Assembly (NCBI RefSeq): GCF_000737315.1
Contig: NZ_JMCB01000004.1
Span: forward strand, 206,001 to 268,000
Length of the DNA: 62,000 nt
Origin: Hyalangium minutum
GTDB taxonomy: Bacteria; Myxococcota; Myxococcia; Myxococcales; Myxococcaceae
Direction: 5' to 3'
The stretch's first letter is position 1, and every line of letters begins with the position of its first letter. The translations under genes were made by a program, and so were the position numbers. Below, in pieces: positions 1 to 11,548 of this stretch. The notes beneath the pieces are model-generated. The model worked only from the letters and a program-made list of their open reading frames with translations. It made no database searches and was not told where the DNA came from.

Positions 1-1
1 C

Positions 2-2356
2 AGCAACGAGCAGGTAGCGCCCAAGGACCCTGTTGGATCTTCGGCCTCGCTCGCCAGGGCGCTGCCCAGCGCCCAGCCCCCGATCGAGCCGAAGCCGCCC
101 GCCGTGGGCCCCGTGCAGGAAGTGGCCGGTGGTGTGCCCGCGGTGATGTCCTCGCTCCAGCACGCCTGGGGCGAGATGGGGGCCATCCGTGGCACCCAGT
201 TGCTGCTCAAGCTCAACCAGCAAGACGGCTTCGACTGTCCCGGCTGTGCCTGGCCGGATCCCGATACCCACCGCTCCGTCGCGGAGTTCTGCGAGAACGG
301 CGCGAAGGCCGTGGCCGAGGAAGGCACCCTGGCCCGGATCACCCCGGAGTTCTTCCGTCAGCACAGCGTCTCCGAGCTCGCCGCGCAGTCGGACCTGTGG
401 CTCGGCAAGCAGGGCCGCCTGACGCACCCCATGGTGCTGCGCGAGGGCGGCACGCACTACGAGCCGATCTCGTGGGAGGCGGCGTTCGCGCTCGTGGCAG
501 AGGAACTGAACGCGCTTGGCTCGCCGGACGAGGCTTGCTTCTACACCTCCGGCCGCACCAGCAACGAGGCTGCGTTCCTCTACCAGCTCTTCGTGCGGCA
601 GTTCGGCACCAACAACCTGCCGGACTGCGCCGATCTGTGCCACGAGTCGAGCGGCACGGCCCTCAATGAAGCGATCGGCATCGGCAAGGGCACGGTGACG
701 CTGGAGGACTTCGAGAAGGCCGAGGCCATCTTCGTCATTGGCCAGAACCCTGGCACCAACCATCCGCGCATGCTCACCTCGCTGCAGGCAGCAGCCCGGC
801 GAGGGTGCCAGATCGTCAGCATCAACCCGCTGCCCGAGACGGGCCTCAACCGCTTCAAGCATCCCCAGGAGCTGATCCAGCTCATCGGGCCGGGCACGGC
901 CATCAACCGCCTATGGCTGCCCGTGCGCATCAACGGCGACGTGGCGCTGCTGAAGGGCCTGGGCAAGGCGCTCCTGGAGGAGGATGCGAAGCGGCCCGGC
1001 CAGGTGGTGGCCAAGGACTTCATCCGGCAGCGGACCACGGGCTTCGAGGCCTACGTGGAGGCCCTGCGCGCCATCTCCTGGGATGAGGTGGTGGAGCAGA
1101 GCGGAGTGCCCGCCGATCAGATCCGCGCGGCGGCGCAGATCCTGGCGAACTCGGACCGGACGATCTTCTGCTGGGCCATGGGGCTCACGCAGCACCAGAA
1201 TGCCGTGGCGAACATCCAGGAGATCGCCAACCTGGCGCTGATGCGAGGCAGCATCGGCAAGCCGGGCGCAGGGCTGTGCCCGGTGCGAGGCCACAGCAAC
1301 GTCCAGGGCGATCGGACCATGGGCATCGTGGAGAAGCCAGCCCCCGCGTTCTTGGACGCGCTCCAGCGCGAGTTCTCCTTCGAGCCTCCGCGCAACCCGG
1401 GCCTGGATACCGTGGCCACCATCCGTGCCATGCACGCCGGGCAGGTGAAGGTGCTCTTCGCGCTCGGGGGGAACTTCCTATCGGCCACGCCGGACACCGA
1501 GTTCACCGCCGAGGCTCTGCGCCGCACGCGCCTCACCGCGCACGTGTCCACCAAGCTGAACCGGGCGCACCTCGTTCACGGCCGACGGGCGCTCATCCTC
1601 CCGTGCCTCGGGCGCACCGAGCGGGATGTCCGCACGGGCGGCGAGCAGTTCGTCACGGTGGAGAACTCGATGGGCGTGGTGCACACCTCGCGGGGCGCGG
1701 TGGAGCCCGCCTCCGAGCACCTGCGCAGCGAGCCGGACATTGTCGCTGGGCTGGCGCGGGCGGTGCTCGGCCAGCGCAGCCGGGTGGAGTGGCAGGCGCT
1801 GGTGGAGGACTACGATCGCATCCGTGAGCGTATCGCGCGTGTCGTGCCGGGCTTCCAGGACTTCAACCGGCGCGTGCGCGAACCGGGCGGCTTCTACCTG
1901 CCCAACGGGCCGCGCGAGGGCCGCTTCACCACGCCCGATGGCAAGGCGCGCTTCACGGTTCACCCGCTGCCGCGCATCGAGCTGGCCCCGGGCCAGTTGC
2001 TGATGATGACGATCCGCAGCCACGACCAGTACAACACCACGCTGTACGGACTGGATGATCGGTATCGCGGCATCCTCAATGGGCGGCGGGTGGTGCTGCT
2101 GAACCCGGAGGACATGCGCGCGCTGGGAGTCTCCGAGGGGCAGGTGGTGGATCTCACGAGCCACTTCCGGGGCGAGCAGCGCGTAGCGCGCCGCTTCGTG
2201 GTGGTGCCTTACCGGATCCCCCGGCGGTGCGCGGCCACGTACTTCCCCGAGACCAACGTGTTGGTGCCCATCGACAACTACGCGGAGAAGAGCCGCACGC
2301 CGGCCTCGAAGTCGGTGGTCATCAGCGTGACGCCTTCAGACGCGACGAGGGGCTGA
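2..2356 (+). CDS. FdhF/YdeP family molybdopterin oxidoreductase (5' end probably outside window)
   Basis: Frame is open from base 2 through the track start at 104. Motifs CPGCAW, FCENGAKA, YTSGRTSNE, LCHESS, PVRGHSNVQG and the C-terminal dinucleotide-binding domain (TIRSHDQYNTT) fit the YdeP family. Confidence 0.9.
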   Translation, partial: SNEQVAPKDPVGSSASLARALPSAQPPIEPKPPAVGPVQEVAGGVPAVMSSLQHAWGEMGAIRGTQLLLKLNQQDGFDCPGCAWPDPDTHRSVAEFCENGAKAVAEEGTLARITPEFFRQHSVSELAAQSDLWLGKQGRLTHPMVLREGGTHYEPISWEAAFALVAEELNALGSPDEACFYTSGRTSNEAAFLYQLFVRQFGTNNLPDCADLCHESSGTALNEAIGIGKGTVTLEDFEKAEAIFVIGQNPGTNHPRMLTSLQAAARRGCQIVSINPLPETGLNRFKHPQELIQLIGPGTAINRLWLPVRINGDVALLKGLGKALLEEDAKRPGQVVAKDFIRQRTTGFEAYVEALRAISWDEVVEQSGVPADQIRAAAQILANSDRTIFCWAMGLTQHQNAVANIQEIANLALMRGSIGKPGAGLCPVRGHSNVQGDRTMGIVEKPAPAFLDALQREFSFEPPRNPGLDTVATIRAMHAGQVKVLFALGGNFLSATPDTEFTAEALRRTRLTAHVSTKLNRAHLVHGRRALILPCLGRTERDVRTGGEQFVTVENSMGVVHTSRGAVEPASEHLRSEPDIVAGLARAVLGQRSRVEWQALVEDYDRIRERIARVVPGFQDFNRRVREPGGFYLPNGPREGRFTTPDGKARFTVHPLPRIELAPGQLLMMTIRSHDQYNTTLYGLDDRYRGILNGRRVVLLNPEDMRALGVSEGQVVDLTSHFRGEQRVARRFVVVPYRIPRRCAATYFPETNVLVPIDNYAEKSRTPASKSVVISVTPSDATRG

Positions 2357-2402
2357 CAGGGGAGGGCGCCGCTCATGCTGAACGGCACCCCGTGGGTGCC
2401 AG

Positions 2403-2434
2403 CGCGGCGCCTCGAATCCATCTGAGGCGCCGCG
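2403..2434. terminator. GC-rich hairpin between convergent genes, possible bidirectional terminator
   Basis: Perfect 11-bp inverted repeat CGCGGCGCCTC / GAGGCGCCGCG with a 10-nt loop, between two convergent stops. No U-tract. Confidence 0.4.
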
Positions 2435-2458
2435 GGTGCTGCGCTCACGGCCGCTACC

Positions 2459-3634
2459 TCACGAGTGCAGCGGAGTGTCCCCGGGCTTCTGCACCGGCGC
2501 CTGCTCCTGGTCCTGCGCCCCCCGCTCTGGGGCCGGCCCTCGGCGGCCCGGCACCTGCGCTTGGCCCTCGCGGTTCTGGGCCAGCGGGAGCTGCTCGCCG
2601 TGCACCTCCGGCTGGGCACTGGTGCTCACTTGCCCCTCGCGCTGCACTCGCAGCGAGTTGTGGACGTCCTTCACCCCGAGCACGGACTCGGCGAGCGCCT
2701 CGATGGCCCGCTTCTCGTCCCGGCTCTTCACCGTCCCCAGGAGGATGATCTCACCGTCTTTGACCTGGACGTCGACGTTCTCGGCGTCCATCCAGCTCAT
2801 CATGAGCCGGTCGCACAGCTCCTCGCGGATGCGGGAGTCCGAGCGCTGGTAGCCCTTCGGCCCCCGGCCCATGGGACGTGTTGCGCTCTCGCGGTAGGTG
2901 CCGCCCAGCATGCCCCCGTGCCCCAGCTCGCGATCCCCATTCTCCCGGCGGGTCATGCTGGTACCGTAGCCCGTGCGGAGGGGTTCCATGTTCTCCACGC
3001 CGGGTCCATGTCCGTAGCGCGGCTCATAGTCCCGGTGGTGGCGCTGCTCGCTGTATCGATGGCGAAGCTCGGACAGGTCGTCCAGGTCATGCAGCCCCGC
3101 GAGGTTGTAGTGGGGACGCTCCTCCCGCTCGGGCGCTTCACCCCTCCACCGCTCAGTGTCGTAAGGCCGGCTGGAGGGGCCCATCCGCTCCCCGTACCGC
3201 TGCGGGCGCCCCCGCTCCTCGCGCAACTCGTCGTGGAAGGAGCCGCTCGGACTGGCCCGCCAATCCTCCCGGTCGACGTCGCCGGGGGCTCGGCCCCACA
3301 TCTCGCGATCCCGATCGTCATACCGGCGCACGTCCCGCTCACGCCCCGGGTCCCGGAACCGCCGCTCGCCCTGCTCTCGGGGCAGCTCCCGCGAGCCAAA
3401 GTCCTCCCGCCCCCGGCCGAATCTCTTCTCGTCGGCACTCCGGGTCAGCTCATCCCGGGTAGAGCGAGCGCGCTCGGTGCCGCGCATGTCCGCGCGCTCC
3501 CAATCACGGCCCAGCCGCTCGCCCTCTCCGTAGCCCCGCTCGTCCGAACCGCGGTGGCGATCGGTTCGTCGATCCGCCTCCGCATCGCGCACGTCGCCTC
3601 GGAATCGCTTCTCATCATCACGCCTGCCTGCCAT
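2459..3634 (-). CDS. BON domain protein with long R/E/D/G-rich low-complexity N-terminus
   Basis: GRGPKGYQRSDSRIREELCDRL...VDVQVKDGEIILLGTV...EALAESVLGVKDVHNSL is a typical BON domain. ATG at 3634 follows a GGGGGAGG RBS. Confidence 0.85.
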   Translation of the reverse strand: MAGRRDDEKRFRGDVRDAEADRRTDRHRGSDERGYGEGERLGRDWERADMRGTERARSTRDELTRSADEKRFGRGREDFGSRELPREQGERRFRDPGRERDVRRYDDRDREMWGRAPGDVDREDWRASPSGSFHDELREERGRPQRYGERMGPSSRPYDTERWRGEAPEREERPHYNLAGLHDLDDLSELRHRYSEQRHHRDYEPRYGHGPGVENMEPLRTGYGTSMTRRENGDRELGHGGMLGGTYRESATRPMGRGPKGYQRSDSRIREELCDRLMMSWMDAENVDVQVKDGEIILLGTVKSRDEKRAIEALAESVLGVKDVHNSLRVQREGQVSTSAQPEVHGEQLPLAQNREGQAQVPGRRGPAPERGAQDQEQAPVQKPGDTPLHS

Positions 3635-3782
3635 CGCGGCCTCCCCCTGGGGCACTCAGCCAGCCCCATGCTCGTACGCACGCCTGGCCGCTCCTGGCCA
3701 GGGTCTCTCCTGGAGGTTCGTGTCCGTCCGGGCGCGCGGCAATGAGCCCCTTGCGTGCTCGATGGGCAGGCAGGAGAGACGC

Positions 3783-5168
3783 CTACGACGCGAGCTCCAC
3801 CCGCTCCAGGTACCGGGGCACTGCGGCCTTCCAGCCCTGGGACTCCACGCGGTTCTTCAGCGCCTGGAGCGCCGAGGGCTCACCGTGCACCAGCAGCGTC
3901 TGCCGGGGCGGTGACTCGAAGCCCTCCATCCAGCGCAGCGTCTCGGTCCAGTCCGCGTGCGCGGAGAACCCGCTCACCACGCGGATGTCCGCCTCCACCG
4001 GGATCATCTCCCCGTGGATCTTGATCTGCTTCTCCCCATCCAGCAGGCGCCGCCCGCGCGTGCCCTCGGACTGGTAGCCCACGAAGAGCACGGTGTTTCG
4101 CGCGTCCGGCAGCCGGTGCTTCATGTGGTGCAGCACCCGGCCGCCCGTGGCCATCCCCGACGCGGAGATGATGATCCCCGGCCCCTCGTGCATGTTGAGC
4201 CGCTTGCTGTCGTTCGGCGAGGTGACGAACCGCGTGCGCCGCGTGGCCAGTGGCGTCTTCCCGCGCTCCACCAGCGAGCTCATGCCCAGGTCATGCTCCT
4301 CCGGGTGCGCCAGGTAGATCGGGGTGGCGTCGCACGCCATGGGCGAGTCCACGAACACATCCATCTCCGGAATCCGGCTCGCCTCCTCCAGGTTGCGCAG
4401 GTGGTAGAGCAGCTCCTGCGTCCTCCCCACCGCGAAGGCGGGGATGATCACCATGCCCCGGCGGTCGTAGGCCCGCTTCACCGCGTTGCACAGCGCCTCC
4501 TCGGGGCGCGTCTCGCCGTGCTCCCGGTCACCGTAGGTGCTCTCCACCACCAGCGTGGTGGCCCCGCTCACGCTCTCCGGATCCCTCAGGATGGGCGCGT
4601 TGTAGCGGCCGAGATCTCCACTGAACACCACGCGTTGGCCCGTGCTCTTCAAGTCGAAGGCGCACACCGCCGAGCCCAGGATGTGGCCCGCCCTATAAAA
4701 GGTGAGGGTGATGCCCGGGAGGATCTGCTTGGGCCGCTCGTAACCGAACGTCTCCATCAGCCTCACCGCTCGCTCGGCATCCTGTACCCCGTAGAGCGGC
4801 AGTGCCGGCTGGTGCCGGGAGTAGTGCTCCTTGTTGGCGTAGCGCGCCTCTTCCTCTTGGAGGTGCGCCGAGTCCGGCAGCAGCAGCGCCGACAAGTCCC
4901 GCGTCCCCGAGGTGCAGTACACCGAGCCGTTGTAGCCCTCGCGCACCACCCGCGGCAGCCCGCCCGTGTGGTCGATATGCGCGTGCGTCAGGACGATCGC
5001 ATCCAGGCTCGAGGCCGGGACGGGGAGGGGCTCCCAGTTGCGCTGCCGCAGCTCCTTCTTGCCCTGGAATAGCCCGCAGTCGACGAGCACGCGCTGCCCC
5101 TCGTGCTCCAGCAGGAACTTCGAGCCGGTGACGGTACCCGCGGCACCGAGGAAATGGATGGAGGCCAT
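3783..5168 (-). CDS. MBL-fold metallo-hydrolase, beta-CASP/RNA-processing family
   Basis: FLGAAGTVTGS, THAHIDHTG (HxHxDH), AGHILGS, ESTYGDR, FAVGRTQE, FSAHAD and LVHGE motifs. Confidence 0.92.
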   Translation of the reverse strand: MASIHFLGAAGTVTGSKFLLEHEGQRVLVDCGLFQGKKELRQRNWEPLPVPASSLDAIVLTHAHIDHTGGLPRVVREGYNGSVYCTSGTRDLSALLLPDSAHLQEEEARYANKEHYSRHQPALPLYGVQDAERAVRLMETFGYERPKQILPGITLTFYRAGHILGSAVCAFDLKSTGQRVVFSGDLGRYNAPILRDPESVSGATTLVVESTYGDREHGETRPEEALCNAVKRAYDRRGMVIIPAFAVGRTQELLYHLRNLEEASRIPEMDVFVDSPMACDATPIYLAHPEEHDLGMSSLVERGKTPLATRRTRFVTSPNDSKRLNMHEGPGIIISASGMATGGRVLHHMKHRLPDARNTVLFVGYQSEGTRGRRLLDGEKQIKIHGEMIPVEADIRVVSGFSAHADWTETLRWMEGFESPPRQTLLVHGEPSALQALKNRVESQGWKAAVPRYLERVELAS

Positions 5169-5177
5169 CCCTCCAGT

Positions 5178-5408
5178 CTAGTCGCGCACGTCCTGCAGGT
5201 CGGGAAGATTGTCCGGGTCGATCTTCAGCATCACACACAGCCGCGTCAGCGTGGAGACGCTCGGCAGCAGCCGCCCGCGCTCGATGCTCCCGTAGCTCAT
5301 GGGGGGCAGGTCGACCCGGCGGGCGACCTCTTCCTGCGACAGGCCTGCCTTCTCCCGGGCCTCGCGGATGGCGGCTCCGAGGGCGATGGCCCGTTCTCTC
5401 TGACTCAT
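5178..5408 (-). CDS. XRE family helix-turn-helix regulator
   Basis: IREAREKAGLSQEEVA...YGSIERG...PSVSTL is an HTH_3 pattern; 76 aa. Confidence 0.88.
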   Translation of the reverse strand: MSQRERAIALGAAIREAREKAGLSQEEVARRVDLPPMSYGSIERGRLLPSVSTLTRLCVMLKIDPDNLPDLQDVRD

Positions 5409-5488
5409 GGGGGAACTCCCTGGGGGCCTTCCAGCCTAGTCCATACGACGCAATGAGTCTTTCGACGGCCCTCTTTCATTCGGGGGCT

Positions 5489-5518
5489 ACTCTCGACGTA
5501 GAGTCGCTGTAAATTTAC
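5489..5518. promoter_or_regulatory. Candidate operators in the divergent XRE/kinase intergenic region
   Basis: Perfect palindrome GTAAATTTAC (5509-5518) and inverted repeat ACTCT-N6-AGAGT (5489-5504) in an AT-richer spacer. Confidence 0.35.
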
Positions 5519-5537
5519 CCTTTGGGTTGTCCGCTAT

Positions 5538-6773
5538 ATGAAACGAGGAGCCCCTTCCATGCCGAGCACTTCCTCGGTCCATTCCCCCCTGGCCGGTCCC
5601 GTGCTGCTGCAGTCCGGTCGCACCACCTATGAGCTCGTCCGGCCCCTGGAGCACACCTGGCACGGAGAGCTGCTGCTGGCACGGCGGCACTTCGACTCGA
5701 ACATGGGGGACTACGTCGTCCTCAAGCGGCTGAGCCGCGACTGCCGCGAGGAGGACTACCGCCGGCTCATGGAGGAGGTGGCCATCAACGCCCGGTTGCG
5801 GCACCCCAGCATCGCGACCATGCACGACCTGGAGGGTACCGAGGGCGATCCTTACCTCGTGCTGGAGTATGTGGAGGGGCACCGCCTGGACGCCCTGCTC
5901 GCGCTGTCCACCCAGGTGGGCAAGCCGCTCTCCGAGGCGTTCGCCTGTTACGTGGGGGCCGAGGTCGCCGACGCGCTTCACCACGCTCACCTGCTCACCA
6001 ACGAGCAGGGGCGGTGGATGCGCCTGGTCCACCGCAACGTGTCGCTGGACACCATCATCCTGGGCAACCAGGGGCAGGTGAAGCTCACCGACTTCGGAGC
6101 CGTCTGGTCCTCGGATCCCTCGCGCTACCCCACGGAGGACGATGCGCTGCCCAACAACCTCGCGTATGCCTCGCCCGAGGTGACGCGCAAGGCGCAGCTG
6201 GACGGGCGCGCCGATCAATTCTCCTTGGCCGCCGTGCTCCTGCACCTGCTCACGGGCCGGCCGCTCATCGAGGGCACGGATCGGCTCACCCAGGAACTGC
6301 GCGAGCTGCGGCGCCGCGTGGACGAGGCCACCTCGCTGGGCAAGAGCGACAAGGCCGCCGTCGCGCTCGTGGTGGATCTCAAGGGGCAGATCCGCAAGCT
6401 CACCTGGTCCTTCATCGAGCAGGTCCGAGCGATGAGCACGCGGGATATCGCCGAGGCGACACGCACGCTGTCCGCGGGTCTGAGGCCCATCCTCCGGCGG
6501 GCCCTGGCGCCCAACCGGACGGATCGCTTCCCCTCGTGCGAGGAGTTCGGCCGGGAGCTGCGCCTGCACCTGTGGCGCATCGGCCAGCTCTATGGACGCA
6601 AGGAGGCGGAGCACGAGGTGGCGGCCCTGAGCAAGCGGGCCAAGGCGCGGTCTTCCTCCCGGGCGGTGACGGCTCCCAAGGCCACTGCGGCCCACCGGGC
6701 AGCCGCCCCCTCCAGCGGACGGCGGGGGGCCTCCACCGAGGGGCGTCGCAAGCGGGAGTCCCGGCCTCGGTAG
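5538..6773 (+). CDS. Hanks-type Ser/Thr kinase-fold protein, probable pseudokinase
   Basis: VVLK, alphaC Glu, DFG and SPE are present. The catalytic loop reads HRNVSLDT instead of HRDxxxxN and there is no GxGxxG loop. Confidence 0.8.
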   Translation: MKRGAPSMPSTSSVHSPLAGPVLLQSGRTTYELVRPLEHTWHGELLLARRHFDSNMGDYVVLKRLSRDCREEDYRRLMEEVAINARLRHPSIATMHDLEGTEGDPYLVLEYVEGHRLDALLALSTQVGKPLSEAFACYVGAEVADALHHAHLLTNEQGRWMRLVHRNVSLDTIILGNQGQVKLTDFGAVWSSDPSRYPTEDDALPNNLAYASPEVTRKAQLDGRADQFSLAAVLLHLLTGRPLIEGTDRLTQELRELRRRVDEATSLGKSDKAAVALVVDLKGQIRKLTWSFIEQVRAMSTRDIAEATRTLSAGLRPILRRALAPNRTDRFPSCEEFGRELRLHLWRIGQLYGRKEAEHEVAALSKRAKARSSSRAVTAPKATAAHRAAAPSSGRRGASTEGRRKRESRPR

Positions 6774-6897
6774 AGAGGAGGAACCTGAGGCCAGGCTGGA
6801 CCTCCTGGAGTGCCATGGCCAGCTTTGATGGCCGGTAGCGCCGGACGGCTGGCTGTGCTAGGCCGCCCCTCTCCCTCCCGAGGAGACAGGAGAACGT

Positions 6898-7305
6898 ATG
6901 GGTCGCCGTCAGATCCGCGTCGTAGGCGCGATGCTCCAGAACGACGAAGGGTGCTACCTGATCACCCAGCGCCCTCCCAAGGCGTCGCTGCCCCTGCTGT
7001 GGGAGTTTCCCGGCGGCAGGGTGGAAGAGGGGGAGACCGATGCCCAGGCGCTCGCGCGGGAGATCCGCGAGGAGATGGGTGTCGACGTCACCGTGCTCGA
7101 TCAGGCGATGCACACGCATCACGAGTACCCGAAATATGACATCGACTTCCGCGTCTTCCGCTGCCGCCTGGCCCACGCGAAGGCCGAGATCCAGCACCTG
7201 CGCGTGCACGATCACCGCTGGGTGACGCTGGAGCAGATGTCGCAGTACCAGTTCCCCGACGCAGACGCGAAGACGCTGGCGAAGCTGCTCGATCTGGAAT
7301 CGTGA
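6898..7305 (+). CDS. MutT/Nudix (d)NTP pyrophosphohydrolase
   Basis: WEFPGG followed by the Nudix box GRVEEGETDAQALAREIREEMG. Confidence 0.9.
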   Translation: MGRRQIRVVGAMLQNDEGCYLITQRPPKASLPLLWEFPGGRVEEGETDAQALAREIREEMGVDVTVLDQAMHTHHEYPKYDIDFRVFRCRLAHAKAEIQHLRVHDHRWVTLEQMSQYQFPDADAKTLAKLLDLES

Positions 7306-7306
7306 C

Positions 7307-8251
7307 GTGGGACGCCTCGCCGCGGTGCTGATCGCGGGCGTGGCCTGCATCTGTGCTTGCTCGCGCTCCAAGCCGGTGTCGGCCCAGCAGGACGGCGCGC
7401 GGGACGCGGGCCTCCGCCTCTATTCCCCCGCCACGGGAGTCCCCGGCTGCACCCTCTATGGAGCGCCTCGGCAGACGGGCACCGTGCCCGCCGAGCTGGG
7501 GGAGCTGTCCGGCCTGGCCGCCAGCACGCGGCACGAGGGGATCTTCTGGGCCCACAATGACTCGGACGACGCCTTCCGCGTGTATGCCTTGGAGGACAGC
7601 GGAAAGATTCGCGCCACGATGACCCTGACGGGGGCCAAGCCCACGGACCTCGAGGACATCGCCGTGGGGCCGTGCGAGCCCCGGGCCGAGGCCCCCCCGT
7701 GCCTCTACCTGGCGGACACAGGAGACAACTTCCAGCGCCGCAAGGAGGTGCGCCTCTTCCGGCTGCCAGAGCCAGAGCAGCTCGCGGACGCCACCCTCCC
7801 GGTCGAGACGCTGGCGTTCACCTACCCAGACGGTCCCCACAACGTGGAGGCCCTCGTGATCGACGCCAGATCGGGCCACCTCGCTGTCATCACCAAGACA
7901 CCGGAGTCGCTGGGGGACGTCTACTCGCTGGAGGGGCTTGGCCCCAGCGCCACGGGCAAGGCGGTGAAGCTGGGCACGCTGCGCGCACCGCAAGATGTTG
8001 ACCGGTTGACGACAGGCGCGGACCTGCACCCTTCAGGCGAGCGGTTGCTGTTGAGGACGTATACCCGGGCCTGGGAGGTGCGAGGCCCCAAGGCCCAACG
8101 CCTCCAGGAGCTGATTGCGGGAGAGGTGGCCGAGGTACCTGCCGCAAGCCAGGCGCAGGCCGAGGCCATCACTTTCACTCCGGGGGGGCGCGGCTACCTG
8201 CTCGGGTCGGAGTTCGCGGGTCAACCGTTGTATCGGACGGACTGCCAATGA
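7307..8251 (+). CDS. Putative lipoprotein with beta-propeller repeats
   Basis: Hydrophobic N-terminus ending in ICAC; blade-like repeats ELSGLA, WAHNDS, DLEDIAVG, LYLADTGDN, NVEAL, TGADL, QAEAITF. Confidence 0.65.
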   Translation: MGRLAAVLIAGVACICACSRSKPVSAQQDGARDAGLRLYSPATGVPGCTLYGAPRQTGTVPAELGELSGLAASTRHEGIFWAHNDSDDAFRVYALEDSGKIRATMTLTGAKPTDLEDIAVGPCEPRAEAPPCLYLADTGDNFQRRKEVRLFRLPEPEQLADATLPVETLAFTYPDGPHNVEALVIDARSGHLAVITKTPESLGDVYSLEGLGPSATGKAVKLGTLRAPQDVDRLTTGADLHPSGERLLLRTYTRAWEVRGPKAQRLQELIAGEVAEVPAASQAQAEAITFTPGGRGYLLGSEFAGQPLYRTDCQ

Positions 8252-8291
8252 CCTGTCGTTGGCATGATGACAACGCGAGAGGCACGTCGGG

Positions 8292-8319
8292 TTGACGGGT
8301 TGGCGGGGGTGACCATCTT
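8292..8319 (+). promoter_or_regulatory. Possible ftsH promoter
   Basis: TTGACG-N16-CATCTT about 70 nt upstream of the ATG at 8388. Confidence 0.3.
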
Positions 8320-8387
8320 TGCCCGGCAGGTGTGACGCCTCGCCACATGTGAGCGAGGCCTGTGGGGAGGGGCGGAGCGTGCCGACG

Positions 8388-10439
<2,052 letters not shown>

Positions 10440-10527
10440 GCGTCAGGGCAGCAGGCAGCCGTGCACCGTTCGGCTGCCTGCAGCGTCCAAAATCAGAATT
10501 AAGTTGAAGCGAAAGGAGGCGGCGGCC

Positions 10528-10770
10528 GTGGAGAACAGGATCGGGAAGAGCTACATGGCTCGGAAGGCCCTCTTCGCGAAGGGTCTGCGCGAGGGGCGGC
10601 TGACAGTGCAGGAGATTGAGACGGCCCTGCCTGCGGGGACGCTCACGGCTGCGGAGCGGTGGCTGCTGTACTACTCGCTGCGCGCCGCCCAGGTCGAGAT
10701 CATCGACGAGGTGACCGGCCAGGTGGACCACGGCTTTTCGCTCGAAGAGCCCGCGCCCCAAGAGCATTAG
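10528..10770 (+). CDS. Stand-alone RNA polymerase sigma70 region 1.1 domain protein
   Basis: GTG after an AAAGGAGG RBS. KALFAKGLREGRLTVQEIETALP...LRAAQVEIID matches the region 1.1 pattern; no regions 2-4. Confidence 0.7.
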   Translation: MENRIGKSYMARKALFAKGLREGRLTVQEIETALPAGTLTAAERWLLYYSLRAAQVEIIDEVTGQVDHGFSLEEPAPQEH

Positions 10771-10784
10771 TCGCACATCCCGCG

Positions 10785-10812
10785 TTGACAGATCCGAGGA
10801 GGCGGTTACGTT
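10785..10812 (+). promoter_or_regulatory. sigma70-type promoter upstream of grpE
   Basis: TTGACA-N16-TACGTT. Confidence 0.4.
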
Positions 10813-10893
10813 CGGGTTGTTCAGGGATGTAGGTAATGAGCGACACCCACCACGGCGCGCAAGCTCGCGTCAATTGGACGACGCAGGTTTGAC

Positions 10894-11517
10894 ATGGACG
10901 GCAATCCCCGTACCGAGAGCGGCACCCAGGATCAGAATGGCGCGGAGCAGGCGGCTGCCCAGCAGCCTGCGGAGGGCTCCGCGTCCGAGCAGGCAGAGGC
11001 TCAGCAGGAGTCCCGCCCCGCGCAGGATGCGGAGCGTCAGCGGCTCGAGGCCGAGCTGGAGTCGACCCGCCGCCGCGTGGACGAGCTGGCCCGGGCCTAC
11101 CAGGCGGTCAACAAGGACCGCGAGGAGTTCAAGCAGCGGCTCACGCGCGAGCGCGAGCGGATGATGGACGTGGAGCGCGGCAACGTGGCCGTGACGCTCC
11201 TGGAGGCCATCGACGAGCTGGACCGCTGCGTCTCCATGAGCGGCCAGGAGGCCAACTCCCCGCTGGGGCAGGGCGTGAAGATGATCCGCGATGGCCTGCT
11301 GTCCAAGGTGCAGGGCATGGGCATCGAGCGCATCCAGGTGGTGGGGCAGCCGTTCGATCCCAACACCGCCGAGGCGGCGGACATGGAGATCACCCCCCAT
11401 CCGGACGAGGATCAGAAGGTGGTGGCCGAGATCCGGGCGGGCTACCGGTTCAAGGACCGCATCATCCGTCCAGCCAGAGTGAAAGTGGCCAAGTACGTGC
11501 CCCCAGCTCAGGCTTGA
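10894..11517 (+). CDS. grpE: Nucleotide exchange factor GrpE
   Basis: Coiled-coil N-terminus, GQPFDPNTAEA and GY..KDRIIRPARVKV C-terminal motifs. Confidence 0.92.
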   Translation: MDGNPRTESGTQDQNGAEQAAAQQPAEGSASEQAEAQQESRPAQDAERQRLEAELESTRRRVDELARAYQAVNKDREEFKQRLTRERERMMDVERGNVAVTLLEAIDELDRCVSMSGQEANSPLGQGVKMIRDGLLSKVQGMGIERIQVVGQPFDPNTAEAADMEITPHPDEDQKVVAEIRAGYRFKDRIIRPARVKVAKYVPPAQA

Positions 11518-11548
11518 CCGTTCGCCCAGCGGGAAATAGGCGAGGGGG

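Noticed and set aside
590-660. YdeP active-site segment NLPDCADLCHE differs from the common CSNMCHE
   Set aside because: The metal-ligand Cys-His and other motifs are intact; likely ordinary variation.
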